64,000 nt of DNA from Octopus bimaculoides (GCF_001194135.2 NC_068996.1:13583134-13647133); one strand, 5' to 3'; counted from the first letter of the stretch, positions 27,083 to 40,552 are shown. Program-made: numbers and translations. Notes: a model not told the origin generated them from the letters alone.

Positions 27083-28016
27083 TGTTGTGCGCGTGGTGCG
27101 TGTGTACGTACTGAACAACTGCAGCGTATCCTTCGGTGTTGGTTCATTAAACAGGAAAACAATTTCCTCTTAGAATTGAATTTTCTTGTAAAGCTGTGTT
27201 TCCAAAATCTAAACTAAACTTATCATTCGTTTCTCTATTAAACTGAAACATTAATCCTTGTAATATTTGGTAACATAACTAGTTCAGTGGTCACCGTAGT
27301 TTATTAGTATATTTGCTGTAATTAATACCGGCAATTGACATTATTCTAAATACCTCACTAATACACTGCTGTCTAAGCTACCACACAACATACACTATAT
27401 AAACACTGTGCTACAGAATACATTTATAGATTTTTGTCACCACTCTTTGTATAGACAAATGCAGACAACTGGTCTTTGTATTCGTTGAGAAGAAAAGAGA
27501 GATCAACTAGTCTAGTCACAATCCAGTGTTGAGTTTTCATCAGTGACTGAGTATGATTTTAACTGTTCGCTGATACATAAACCGACCATTTTGGAGGAAA
27601 ACGTAGTGGGTGAAAACAATAAAAACAGCAGCAGCAATGATTATTCTTACAATGAATCCCACAAAGCATGATTAATTCATAACAAGCTAGTTTCTAATTA
27701 CAGAGAACCGGAATAAATGAAGCTGAAGACGTATCGACATGAAGAAGAAAAAACGTGTTTAGAGTGGTCAAAGACAGCTTTTATCTCTACAGCCTGTTTA
27801 ACTCTAAACAGGTAACAATGTGCAAAGCTCTATGTTTGCTGAATGTGAAGGCTGCTCTGTTTGGACTGAGATTTACTGAGAGATTTACTGAGAGTTACTG
27901 AGAGAAACGTTAGCCACAAGAACTTAGAATTCCATCACCAACATTCTACAATACACTCCTTATAGATTATAGTTACACTAGCATATTCATGGCAGATAAG
28001 AGCATATGTATTAATT

Positions 28017-28204
28017 AGTTTCAAATTTTGGCACAAGGTCAGCAATTTCAGAGTAAATAAATCCTAATGGTCCTAATTTTATCGATTCCGAAAGGATGAA
28101 AGGCAAAGTCGACCGCGTTGGAATTTGAGCTCAGAACGTGAAGACTTATGAAATACTCCTAAGCATTTCACCTGGTATGCTAACGATTCTACCTGCTCGC
28201 CGCC
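28017..28204 (-). mobile_element. tRNA-derived SINE, family A (diverged)
   Basis: Homologous to 6561-6794 and 17512-17718. Confidence 0.8.
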
Positions 28205-28837
28205 TAAAGAATGTGTAATGTTGAGTTAATTGCAGCATAGTTTATGGCGTAGGTTAATTGTGTAGTTTATATTGTGGATTAACTACTGTGTAATTATCTT
28301 GGCTTTGAACCTACAGTTCATGAGATGCCATTATATGTGGCAAACATATTGTCTACACGATTATTCAGCTTTAAATTATATTAAATGGGCGTGTTTCGGT
28401 ATTGTCAAGATTTGATCATGCGATTAGCGTTGGACTAATTCCATTGGAAAGATTGGATGCTCTTAACTAGTCAATCGATGTTTGAGTAACAGTTTTTATC
28501 TCAACGTAGAATAATTCTCTTCTTGCCGATCAATTGTTATTTTAAGAACGATCCCTCACGCTATAGAAAAGAGAGGAAAGGAGAAGAGAGGAGAGAGAAA
28601 GAAAGAGAGAGAGATCGCAAGCTAAGCGGACGTCTTCTCGTTTTTTCCCCGTTGTCGACGCTACCCAGCACACAGAACCAAGTCATGAACGTACTACAGA
28701 CTTTCAACTGTGACACAACTTCCACTGTTCCAGATATAGTTAGTTAAAATTACAAAACCAGTTACTTCACAATATGTAAGACATTTGCCATGTATTTTTA
28801 TAACGGTTGCAAAAAAGAACAGTCGCATTGAATTTAC

Positions 28838-28956
28838 CTGATTCTTCTTGCCCTTAGTTTATACACGGTAACCCCAGGTATACAGACTAGACCAGTTAAT
28901 GCATAAACAAACGCAGCTACATCAAGACGATCATCCACAGTTAACTCAACCAACAA
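28838..28956 (-). CDS. Candidate internal exon, 119 nt, phase 0-2: LLVELTVDDRLDVAAFVYALTGLVCIPGVTVYKLRARRI(R)
   Basis: Acceptor tattacataacag, donor CAG|gtaaat, open frame. A 20-aa hydrophobic stretch followed by a basic cluster (transmembrane-like). No homology recognised. Confidence 0.3.
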
Positions 28957-29514
28957 CTGTTATGTAATATACAAAGTGTCTTGGGTATTTTTAGACCTGG
29001 CAGGAACCCATCCATCTCCAAATCTAACCACCGTCAATTTCTTTAAGAAATAAAAGCAAGCGGCAGGTAAACAGACAGTTCGACACATAGGCAGACAGGG
29101 AGTTAAGAAAAAATAAAATAACCAGTACTTTATCGGCCACGGAAGGATAAAATCTCGCCTCGGCGCTGTTTGAACTCAGTCAGAGTACGGGAAAACGAGG
29201 CGACCATGACTTGGTAATACATCCAACGATCTAGCGACTCGGACAATGTACCGTGAGACGGCGTTATAAATTCGTGAATTGGCTCTATTGCAATATATTT
29301 TGTAATTTATATATGTCATAGTTTATGTTGTGGACTCTTTGTTCTGTAATTCATCAAAACATTTTTACAGTTAATTATAGAGTAATATATTATTGTATTA
29401 ATTAGAATTTATTTCATGTATTGCATGCTAATCATAGTAATTAATAATTTGGTTAAATATAGTTTATATTGTGGGTCAATATAGTTTATATTGTCTTCCG
29501 TGTTGTGAGGAATG

Positions 29515-29720
29515 TAACCCTTTCGTTACAATATTTTTGTTAAAATACACTTTCGTTATTTTAATTAATTTTGAATATAACGAAGAATTTAGGAAAATAA
29601 CTTTGACATAAATTAACATGAAATCTTGATGGTAAATTTCAATTTAAAACGGCTTTTAAACAGTAAGTTGATATGCAACCAAGAACGGTCTTAGGAATGT
29701 TTGGTAACAAAGAGGATTAA
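29515..29720. mobile_element. MITE with TAACCCTTT-type termini
   Basis: Left taaccctttcgttac versus right reverse complement ttaatcctctttgttacc. TTAA-like flanks. Confidence 0.5.
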
Positions 29721-29769
29721 AGTGTTGTCAAAAAGCTATTTTAGCCAGCTAAACCTAAGTAAGGTAAAG

Positions 29770-30092
29770 ATTCCTTTCAGTCATGAACGACCATGAGATT
29801 GCACCTAGAAAGTTCCCCTCCAAGGTACAAATCTGAGAAAGGTTGTTTATGGGAGACCAACAATCGTTCATGCATACCAGCCTCCTCTCTCCACACCACT
29901 GATGTTATCCAAGGGAAAGGCAAAGGCCGATACAACTTGGCACCAGTCGCAATACATATCTACAGCTGAGTCACCTGGATCAACGTGAAATAAAGTGTCT
30001 TGCTCAAGGACACAACACACAGTCCAGTCTGGGAATCGAACTCACTACCTCATGATGGTGAGCCTGCCGCTCTAACTACTGAGCTATGCACC
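29770..30092 (-). mobile_element. Full-length tRNA-derived SINE with a central Meta/V-like domain and an RTE-type tail
   Basis: Head GGTGCATAGCTCAGTAGTTAGAGC (A box) and GAGTTCGATTCCC (B box), central GTGTCCTTGAGCAAGACACTT, tail shared with 14210-14470. Confidence 0.85.
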
Positions 30093-30489
30093 TTCACCCC
30101 CTAAAAACTTACACTAACATTTTTTATTGATTTTTCCTTCAAGAAATGTCAAACTTTTGCTGCAATCACTGCGACTTGGTCACATTCAGATCACAATAGA
30201 CAACGATAATTTTGACATCTCTCTGAAAAAGTGCATTTAGTAATTTTTACGTGTTTTAAATGACTAAAAATGATACCTCCATGACATAATTTTCCATTTT
30301 CAGAACAGTTAAAAATAGTATTTTGCCAAACAGCTAATTTTTTTTGTATAATTACATATATATAAATTATAGTTTAGTTCCGTTTTTCTTTCAGAAAATA
30401 AAAGTGACAATGAGAACAAATGATAACCTTTTAAGTTCGATTGTAATTTCAATCGCGATTTATGTGTGTTAATGAAGAAAGTTATCTGC

Positions 30490-30800
30490 GAGAAGATCAT
30501 GGAGCTGTCATATAAAATGCCATAGAAAGATGCTTGATGTCTCGTATATCAAATGTTGAACTAATGAGAGTATTAGGAAAGAAATTGATGAAAAGATTGC
30601 AGGACCTCATCTGTCAATTGTTTACGTTTGGGTAGCTTTAGCTCTCTGTTGTGCGCATTCATACCGGAAGCTTGGTCTGAAGATATCTTTCAACTTATAT
30701 TATTCTTGTCTCGGAGGGTTTGAAAATATCATGGGGACTGCTTTTCATTCACTAAGTCAGGTAAAAGATGGAAATGTAGTTGTTTGGCGACGCTAAGACA
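30490..30800 (+). mobile_element. RTE-clade LINE 3' remnant
   Basis: KCHRKMLDVSY..TNESIRKEIDEKIAGPH-like translation, typical of RTE C-termini. Confidence 0.6.
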
Positions 30801-31922
30801 ACCTACATTTAGCGGGAAAAAGTGAGTAGTTGAATAATATAGGATAATAGAGTGGGAAGAAGATGGTGGAAAATACGTGATTGCCTGTTGACCTGAAGCG
30901 ATGGAAGGGGAGAGAGTTGGAGGAGAGAAGGTATGTCTTTTGTTGCATATCTAATCTTGAGCTACCAGTGTTTGATTGATGAAGTTTATGCTGTGAGTTA
31001 ATTGTAGTTTCATTTATATTGCCAGTTAATCTGTAGTGTAATTTACATTGTGAATTAATTGTGGTATAATTTATAATGTTGGCTAACTGTAATGTCACTT
31101 GCTTTCTCTGTAGACTGCATAATTTATATTGTAAGTTAATTGTGGCGTCAACAATATTCTGAAATCTTTTACTGTGAAGTATATTTACTAAGTTAGAATG
31201 TACTTAAGTTGTGGGTGTTATTGCATTGCAGTGTGGTTATGTTGCAGGTTAAAAACAGTGTGGTAATAATGTGTGTTAATAATAGTACCTCATTAATGAG
31301 GGGTAATTTTCTACCTACTTTATTTCACTCCTACAGCTTAGACTTAGCTATAATAAAATTAGCACATACAGCTTATTTAGAGTTTCAAGCTAAATTTTGG
31401 TATCACATTCAACATTACGGTTATTTACGAAAGGTGGCAGATTTAGCATCACATTTTAAAGAAGCTAGATCACCGAGTTAGTATAAAATTCTTTGGTTAC
31501 TAGGTCACTAGCATACAGCAAGATTCCCACTTGATAATGACCGGTTTCAAATCTAGGTGACAGACTAATATGTCTTGAATTAGTTGTTCAGTTTGTTGGC
31601 GAAATCTAAATGGAATATCATGAAAGACGTTTCATAAAATCAATAGTTATCGGCGTTTCAGTTGACAGACATATTGATGGCGATTCTGATAAATAACACT
31701 TAAAGTATTTTGATAGCCGAACCAAACCAAAGTTGTCCTCATGCGGAGAATCTTCTAAGACGATGAAAATGTAAATGATGTACTTCCACATGAATGCCCT
31801 CTCCGATAAACGAAGGAGAAATACTCATAGCCACTTATATGATGTATTTTATTTTTAATATTATTGTACAAACATTAAGTTACATTTCAACGGAGAAATA
31901 AATAAATCCATCTTTATTTTAC

Positions 31923-31980
31923 TTGTAGGTAAGGAAGAATTTCTCGTTGCTTATTGTCATAAATTTCATAATAGCACCAG
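31923..31980 (-). CDS. Candidate small exon, 58 nt, phase 2-0: WCYYEIYDNKQREILPYLQ
   Basis: First AG after a long T-tract, donor CAA|gtaaaa, open frame. A competing plus-strand acceptor (ttttacttgtag) lies at the same site. Confidence 0.2.
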
Positions 31981-32330
31981 CTGCCAACATATTGCCAAGA
32001 GAATTAACGAAAAAAAAAGAAAAGAACAACCAAAAACAACATCAAAATCGAAAACAACAAGAGAAACAAGAGAAGCAATTTTTGCAACAACTATAGGAGT
32101 CTGGTTAAAATTCAAACAACATGTTCAAAAACAGCTGGGAAAATTTCCTCATAAAAACACTTTTTGATGTTCTTATTTTTACAACAGTCGTAAAATGGTT
32201 TTGATTTCATCACTGCAAAGCAAACTTTCAACTCTTATTCACATATGCATATTGACACAAGTACACATATAGAAATAAAGACATACAGGTCCATACACGT
32301 ACAGACACGTCATCCATAATACACACAAAA

Positions 32331-32362
<32 letters not shown>

Positions 32363-32539
32363 CACACCCACACCCACACATTATATATATGCATACACAT
32401 ATGTATATATATATNNNNNNNNNNNNNNNNNNNNNNNNNNNNNNNNNNNNNNNNNNNNNNNNNNNNNNNNNNNNNNNNNNNNNNNNNNNNNNNNNNNNNN
32501 NNNNNNNNNNNNNNNNNNNNATATATATGTATGTATGTA

Positions 32540-32541
32540 TG

Positions 32542-32586
<45 letters not shown>

Positions 32587-32587
32587 G

Positions 32588-32620
<33 letters not shown>

Positions 32621-32631
32621 GTAGATAGATG

Positions 32632-32679
<48 letters not shown>

Positions 32680-32680
32680 T

Positions 32681-32740
<60 letters not shown>

Positions 32741-32780
32741 GTAGATAGGTAGATAGATAGACAGATAGATAGATAGACAT
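32540..32780. repeat. (GATA)n microsatellite
   Basis: Direct sequence. Confidence 0.95.
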
Positions 32781-33029
32781 ATCACGAACGAATAGTATCT
32801 CAGGTTTTCGAAAACAAAGCGGTGAATGCATCAAATTCAGTAGAATGATATTTATCAAAGTGTAGTGGATAGTCTTTAAACAATTTTTGTCGAAATGGAG
32901 ACATGAAACTTGAGTATCGAACTACATAATTTCAGATTTGAATATGTATGTTTATATGCTTGTAGGTGAACTAGACATAATCAGACTTTTTCTATCTGGT
33001 CAATTTAGTGCAATTAATGGATGTGCTCA

Positions 33030-35620
33030 GGAAAGGCAATATTTCTAAAATTGGATGGAATGTTAATATCTCAAGTTGACATGTGCGCAATTTGTTAAAT
33101 AACAAGAGTGAATTTAGGCTTGAAATACGTACTGCACCAGTTATACATGAACTGAATTGATATAACATAGATGTAGCTGCACTTTCAGAGACGCATTTGG
33201 AAGATGATGGTCAGCTTGAGGAGGTAGGAGGTGACTATACCATTTTCTGGAAGGGAAACCAAAGGAGTAGCTCAGGAAGGCTGACATTGGATTTGCAGTT
33301 CGAGTTGAAATCCTCAAGAAGTTGGTGGAGCATTTCTCCCTATAAATGCCCTTTGGATTTCTCTGTATCTGCACTTGGGAGATGGGTGATTCGCTAATTT
33401 GATAAGTGTCTATACTCCTACTCTGACCAGTTTTGTTTAGGATAAAGCAATTTTTCTATGCGCAGCTGAGAGCTGTACTAAGGAAGATCTTTAAGGCAGT
33501 CGAAGTCATTCTACTGGATGATCTCAATGACGTTTGGTACAAACTGAAAAACATGGAATTATGTTGGACGTTTCGGTGTAGAGAAGGTGAATATCAATGG
33601 TTTCATATTCCTAGAACTTTGTAATGAATGTGGTCTTTACATTCCAAGCATTCAATTTACGCACGAAAGTGATCAAATAGTAATGCATGGACGCACTCGA
33701 GGTCTAAGGTTTAGCACTTGGTGGATTATGTTATCATTGCAAGTGTGATATCTATGTAGGTTGTAATGTCGAGTCCTTTTGTGGATAAGAGTGTTAGACA
33801 GACCACTGCTTGGTGCGAGGAAAGTTTCAGGTAGTAACTAGTTTACAAGAGAAATGAGGGCGGCTAGGATTTCTCGGACCCTGAATGTCTGTAAGATATA
33901 TGATCCTACTGGAAGGAAGGAACTTCAGAATCATTTATCCAGCTTCGAAGATATTAAAACCTGATGGGAGTTTCGAGGCCATGTCTTTAAACGTGCTGTT
34001 GAAACATATGGTCACGCTACAGTCAATCATAGGGACTTGTTTGTTGAGAATGCTGCTGAGGTTCAGAAACTCATGTCTGCCAAGCGCAACGCTCACAGTG
34101 CATTACTGCACATTGGGCTATCAGTTGTATACAAGCACTTACCCATTATAAACACAAAATCTCTACTGTAGCGGTCTTTCAGAAACATGCAGAACACTTG
34201 ATATTCAAACTATTGTCGATGCAAATGATTGCTACAAGGTCGATCGTCTTATAAAGCAAATTTATGGGCCCAAGAGTTCTGCATTAGCTTCTTTGATTTC
34301 CAAGGAAGGCTCTACCATACTTACTAAATGAACAGAAATCACAGATCACTGGACTGAACATTTTTCTGAATTTCTAAACCGTGAGTTGGTTATAGTTAAT
34401 ATTACTCTCCAAAGATCTGTTAGTAGTTCCTTGGATTTTGTACCTTCAATAGACGAGGCTGTAACAACAATAAGCTGAATCTTGATAAATTACCTGGTAA
34501 AGACGGAATTTGCGCTGAGATCCTGTATTTTGGCAGTGGTCTTATCCTACCGAATCTTCAGGAGATTATTAGTGTAGTCTGGAGGGATGGTGCTCTTTCC
34601 AAGAACTGGAAATACACATTTATCCTTCCTCACTTACAGCAAAGTGAGTCAGAATAAAGTGCGGCAACCATAGAGTTTTTGCTCTATTGTCAGTTGCTGT
34701 GAAGGTTCTAACAAGTATCATTCTTGCTCGTTTGAATAAATACTTTGTAAAGGATGTCTTATCTAAATCTCAATATAACTTCCATTCTGGTAGAGCAACA
34801 AGAGATATGATCTTCACAGCAAAATAGATAGAAGGAGAAATTCTATGATCAGAATATGGATCTTGTTCAGGTTTTTATTGTTTTAACCAAAACCTTCAAT
34901 ATTGTGTATAGGCCCTCTCTGTGGAAAATACTCGGAAAATTTGGGATCCGGTCACTTTAGATCGATAATTACATTATTTCATGATGGGAAGGAGGCATGG
35001 GTCAATCACGGTGATGGAGTGGCAGGACCCATCTCCGTAGAGAATGGTGCCAAGAAAGGTAACATATTTGCCCCAATTCTGATTTCCTTGAATTTATTTG
35101 TTACTCTCATCCATGCTCACCTTCAGATTGCTCTTCTGGAATATAAGTGCGATACCGACATCCTCATCTCTTCAAATTGCGTCGATTTGCTGCCATTTCG
35201 AAAGACTTACAATCTCTTATTCATGATCTCTTTCACGAGGATGATTGAAACTTAATTACTCATGCAATTATTAAAGATATACAAATTGTCATGGATCACA
35301 TTTCTGCATTCTGCAAGTATTAGTCTGGACGAACCTGTTGTAATGCTTCAGCCGGTGTCAGGAATCCCATATGTGAAACTATCTCTCTTAGTTGAAGGAA
35401 CAGTACTGAAATGTATGGTTGTCTAGCTGGGAAAAATACTCAACCGTTCTTGCTCCTTATGAAATATCTCTAATGAAATCTCTAATGAAATATCCCTACA
35501 ACTTCAGAAGGAAACTGATTCCACTAGGACTCTGGAGTCTTCTGTCTGGTCCCAACATGACATCACAAAGCGAGCAGAAGCTGCTGCGTACTCTGCGCGT
35601 GTGCTAACATCGCCTCGTTA
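33030..35620 (+). mobile_element. Degraded RTE (BovB-like) LINE, APE-RT
   Basis: WNV motif, RTAPVIHEL..YNIDVAALSETHLEDDGQLEEVGGDYTIFWKG (APE), W.H.R...HLVDY, KLPGKDGICAE, FIxLTKTFN, GAKKGNIFAP (RT). Many disruptions. Confidence 0.85.
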
Positions 35621-36589
35621 CTCATGTGCGGTTTGGCATAAAGCAAACAATAGAATGAGTACCAGTCTTAAAATATGTATTGCGATTGATTTGATCGACT
35701 AAAACCTTCAAGATGTTATCTAAGTATGGCCGCATCCTAATGACTGCATCAAGTTAATCATAAGATAATACGATAGAGTCTGATATATGTAATGCAGAGT
35801 TAAAAACATTCATCGGATTTACCTCCCTTGATAATTGTTTTTAGATTTTAAACACCGAAGGGGTTAGTTTTGTATACTAACTGCTTGGATAATATTAGTT
35901 AATCGAAGGTTATTTCATTCAGTGTATTATTTATGTAGACTCCTAACATGAAAGTATTTAGTACGTGAAATGAACCCCGAGGTTTTACAGTTCATACAAT
36001 TGATATATCAATGTATATTTCCAGACGTATAGCAATGTGGTCCATATGAAATTATGAACGTTCACTCAACAAGTTCAGTGCCCTGTCTGATAATAACATT
36101 CCATACCAGGGATATGCTACAAGGCTCTAGAAACACTGTCCTTATCTCTAAATGTACGCCTTTCCCCCAAAACATTCCGCCTCCAATATATTCATTCTGG
36201 TAAACAGACGTGGAGAGAATCTCATTAAAAAAACCAAATAAATGCCAGTATTTAATTCTTTTTTCGAGCTTCCGTCACATTCAGATTTAATTTTGTTCAG
36301 TCAAAGCAAGATATGTTCCTTTCAATTTTCATAATATATTACAAAGTGAACAGAAAGGCTGAGAAATTTCTTACACAAGCGATACCGTAAAATATTCCAT
36401 ATTTTAATTAGTTTTATTTATTAATTGATTATGGTTCTTATACCTAAATCCAGATACCCAGGTTCACTCAACAGGTGGCCTTGTTTTATTTAAGCCGAAA
36501 TCAAGTCATAATTATACAAGACAACCATTAATAAGCTATAAATTGAGTTAACACAGAGATATAAAACAGAAAGTTATTCGGAGTTATGT

Positions 36590-36740
36590 CACCTTGGGGA
36601 TCTCGTAAAAGTTGCAATTTCCAGTGGGTGGTAGCAATAGAGACGGAAATTCTGACGTGTTATGCGACGCGTTTTCTAATATCTTATATACAAGCCTGGT
36701 GTTACTCTGTCCTGGTTGGCACTATGGCAGCCGACATATG
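36590..36740. promoter_or_regulatory. CpG-enriched candidate (bidirectional) promoter
   Basis: Local CpG cluster (GACGGAAATTCTGACGTGTTATGCGACGCG) with ETS-like CGGAA, CRE-like TGACGT and YY1-like ATGGCAGCC. Outward-facing donors on both strands. Motif-only evidence. Confidence 0.3.
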
Positions 36741-36829
36741 CAGTCCATAACAAGACGCTATCTTCCTATTCAATCATTTAATCTTTCATGTCTTCCCACT
36801 TCAAAAACTTATTTTTCTAACAAGCAACA
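36738..36829 (+). CDS. Candidate first coding exon: MQSITRRYLPIQSFNLSCLPTSKTYFSNKQ, resembling a mitochondrial presequence
   Basis: ATG 36738 open to donor ACA|gtgagt at 36830. No acidic residues, R/K/S/T/L-rich. No downstream exon identified. Confidence 0.25.
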
Positions 36830-37254
36830 GTGAGTCGGAAACGATTGAGTTTTGTTTTGGTTGTTGTAGAAATTGTAGCATAAGTGACTGTGAGTATTCT
36901 TGTATGTAGACTTGCTAGTTTACTTCCATTCTTCGCCGTAGCTGTAGGTCTTCTCTCAGGATTTGAACATCGATCGACCGACATTGTGTCGCCTATTTTT
37001 CTGAACCATTTACGTTGTTCGAAGAGAATTAAGACGAGGGTTGTGGGTACTCTGCTTCTTAAATATATTTATTGTTCTGTTGTTACCTGTGTCGTTATTC
37101 TTTTGAGGAATATTGTATTTCGTAATACAAGTTGAATTCCTTCTCTTTCATTATTGTAATGTTGTGATTGTCAAACAAGATTTCATATTTTATATATTTT
37201 TATTCCCATTTACTGCACCTACAAGTTCTGTCTACATCGGTTGCATTTAAGACA

Positions 37255-37705
37255 GTAGCAGCAGCAGCAAAAGTAGCAGCCGAACTCTCCATTAACAACA
37301 ACAGAACTACCACTACCACCGACACCAACAATAACATCAACAACAGCACGAACAATACCAATAGCCGTCATCACCAACAAGATCAACGCGCCACTTACTA
37401 CCACCAGTGCCATCGGTTACCAACACCAACACCAATATCATGGCTGTCATCTTCAAAGAACAACCATCACCCCATAATCATCATCACCAGCTTCATAACT
37501 ACCAGAACCGTCACCAACATCCCCACCAACAACAACACTACCACCGCTACCAGCAACATTATCATCAATACTTCCACCGCCGCTACAGACCGCATCATTA
37601 CCCCCACCATATTCAGCACCAACGGCTACCACTATCACTGCAATACTAGCACCCCCACTCCCATCGTCATCGTCACTCACCATCACCAGCAACAATAATA
37701 ATATA
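37255..37705. repeat. Degenerate (CAC/CAA/CAT)n low-complexity tract
   Basis: Direct sequence. Confidence 0.85.
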
Positions 37706-38174
37706 ACAAATAAGGGTCCTTGTTCATTGTCCCTCGACCCACGAGACATATCTATAACTACTCCGCGAAACCAAAGCCTGATATTTTAAATACTGAAATA
37801 TAGAAGGATACATCAAATATTTTAGTTCTTTATGTGCGTGTGTGCGCGCGCATGTGTGTAGTAAACTCAGGAAAAATTGAGTCTAATGAGATCATGCAAT
37901 AGTTATATATGATAAATGTTCAAGTTGACTAATCACCTTAAACTTCAGCTTGAACTGTGAGTAAAACAAAGTGGTGTTGTGCCTAACAATGAATGGCTAT
38001 AAGTGGTTTATCATTGAGCAAGTACATATAGAGTAGAAAGGAAGAATGAACAGGCAAACAACTGGTATCAGTTTAGAGAAAGGAATTTATAGACTTAAGC
38101 ATAATCGGTCAGTTTCTACAATGGAGTTGATAGAAAAAATAGAAGAATGATATATATAAATATATGTATATATA

Positions 38175-39427
38175 CAGACAGGCAGGAAGTAAATAGACAC
38201 CTTTAATTTTCAAAATTTCTGATCTAAACGTCTTAATATGTTTTCGGCGGTGCAGAATTTACAATGTAATTATTCTTTTTCATTCCAGGTGCCATTATAT
38301 TAAACATTTGCGAAGAGTAACCATTTTACTCACAAAAAATTCAGCAGAACTGTCAGATTTCCAAAGAGATCCTATTGTTGGGCAATCTGAGGCTGGTCTT
38401 AGCCCGCGAAAAATTGCCGAAAATTTTCAAATTCCTCTTGCTGCTGTTAAAAGAATTGCAGTGCAGTTTAAAAACCAAGGAAAATAATCAACAGATTCTC
38501 GTCCCCGCCAATCTGGGCTCTCGGAAAGGAAACTTCGCTCTTTGAAGAGAATTGTGGAAAACGAACCCCGTTCGAAGGCTTCTGACATTGCAAAACAGCT
38601 AGACGTCAGTCCAAGAATGTGTGTTATATATCTTCATAAGCTTGGGTACTATGGACGAGCAGCTAGAAGAAAACCTCTTTCAACCAATTAATGGGCTAAG
38701 GAGATGTCAGAAGAATCCAGTTCATTTTGAGATAGAGTGATTTTCTCAGATGAATCCAGATCTGCATTATTTTCAGACAGTGGACATGTTTGAGTCTGGA
38801 GGCTTCCCAGTCAAGAATTTGATTTGAAACAACTCTAACCAACTGTAAAACATGGCGGTATCTCTGGAATGGTATGGGGAGCTGTCACCAGCAATGGTCG
38901 TTCTGAGCTGATCGAATGTGTTGGAACCATAAACTCTGAAAATACACCGATATAATTAAGCAAGGGCTACTTCCGATGTATTCACACGATAACATAACGG
39001 AAAATGAGTTTTTATTCATGGAAGATGGGGCTCCATGCCACACACCGAAAAGGAACCAGCAATGGCTGACTGATAATGGGATCAAAAAGCTTCCTTGGCT
39101 GAGCCAATCTCCTGACATGAATCCAACTGAAAATCTTTGGAGCATACTAGATAGAGCTATATGAAAAACTCGACAGAAACCTAAATTTAAAGATGAATTG
39201 TTTCGATTTTTGAGTGATAAGTGGGCAGAAATTCCACAAGAGACAATCACGAAGCTCATCAGTTCAATGCCAAAAAGAGTTTCTGAATTAAAAACTGCAA
39301 AGGGAATATCAAATAAGTACTAAAGTATGTAGTCCTACCGATCGATTACATATCAATTGTTCGCTTTGTGTATTAAATAAAAGATTTTGAAAATTAAAGG
39401 TATCTATTTACTTCCTGCATGTCTATG
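38175..39427 (+). mobile_element. Tc1 (DD34E) DNA transposon, full length, inactive
   Basis: ~42-bp TIRs (CAGACAGGCAGGAAGTAAATAGACACCTTTAATTTTCAAAAT), TA flanks, HTH ELSDFQRD..GLSPRKIAE, FSDES, and EDGAPCHT...SPDMNPTENLW with 34 residues between D and E. Confidence 0.93.
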
Positions 39428-39664
39428 TATATATATANNNNNNNNNNNNNNNNNNNNNNNNNNNNNNNNNNNNNNNNNNNNNNNNNNNNNNNNNNNNNNN
39501 NNNNNNNNNNNNNNNNNNNNNNNNNNNNNNNNNNNNNNNNNNNNNNNNNNNNNNNNNNNNNNNNNNNNNNNNNNNNNNNNNNNNNNNNNNNNNNNNNNNN
39601 NNNNNNNATGTATGTGTGTGTGTGCGTGGGTGTGGGTGGGTATGGGTGGGTGTAAATATACACA

Positions 39665-40552
39665 CATGGTCAGATCAATAAGTATCCGGACTGTTGCAAC
39701 GGAACCGAAACTAAAGCACGCAGAGTGAAGTCACTTGGCACAGATTGACCTTGAACTCTGTTGTGCCTGTGCATTACGTTTTACTGTTCTAGCTCACTTC
39801 CGCTATTTACAGCAGTGCTAGGAAGGAGAGTGTGTAGCGTGTGATCATCGCATTGACCATGGCAGAGAAAGTTGAGAATTTGCTTCAAATTTTGTCAAAA
39901 GCTTGGCGATACCTGCTCAGAGGCCTACGCTATGTTTCCAAAAATATTTTATCCGTCTCGAGACAATCAAGGAGATCATGTGCAACTGAAACCTGGGTGT
40001 CGTTTTGATCAGCTGAAAGCAATTTTGACGCAAACTTCGCAGTCACGCGTTTCATACCCAAATCTTCAGTGGTAATGGATTGAACAAACCGTAACCAATT
40101 TGCACATCCTCTGATAACTTACGGATGGTGATTCGGCGATTTCCCCTCACAGCTGCATGTACATCTGCGATGTTTTTCTCAGTCTTGCTGGTTGCGGATC
40201 ACTTAGAAAGTTCGTTAATATCGACATTTTTTCGGCCATCTTGCAAACGTATGAACCACTCGTACAGTTGTGTGCAGCTTATACACTCCTCTCCATACTG
40301 TTTCTGCAAATTTGCGTAGGCTTCTGAGCAGGTATCGCCATGACAACTTTCTCTCATGGTCAATGCTACGAATACACGCTACACACCTTCCTTCCTAGCA
40401 CTGCTGTAAACAGAGGTAGTGAGCTAGAACGTTAAAACTTAGTGTGCATGCACAGTATCGTTCATGGTCAATCTATGCCACGCGACATCACTCTGTGTGC
40501 TTTAGCTTCATTACTATAGCAAAAGTTCGGATATTTATTGATTCAGACCTTG
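39665..40552. mobile_element. Mariner-derived fold-back element with ~240-260-bp inverted arms
   Basis: 39665-39930 is the imperfect reverse complement of 40314-40552. The interior holds mariner N-terminal transposase (RICFKFCQKLG; YEWF.R.QDGR; VRGNRRITIR) on the minus strand. Confidence 0.85.

Noticed and set aside
27704-27811. Plus-strand AG...GT segment with an internal ATG (MKLKTYRHEEEK...)
   Set aside because: No recognisable product, and no compatible neighbouring exon.
37168-37698. 176-aa Thr/Asn-rich mucin-like ORF
   Set aside because: Translation of a degenerate triplet tract. It is out of phase with the candidate exon at 36738-36829.
40030-40075. Minus-strand CTGAAGA...GAAACGCGT hammerhead-like match
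   Set aside because: No stem II, H17 is G, and it lies in mariner transposase coding sequence.
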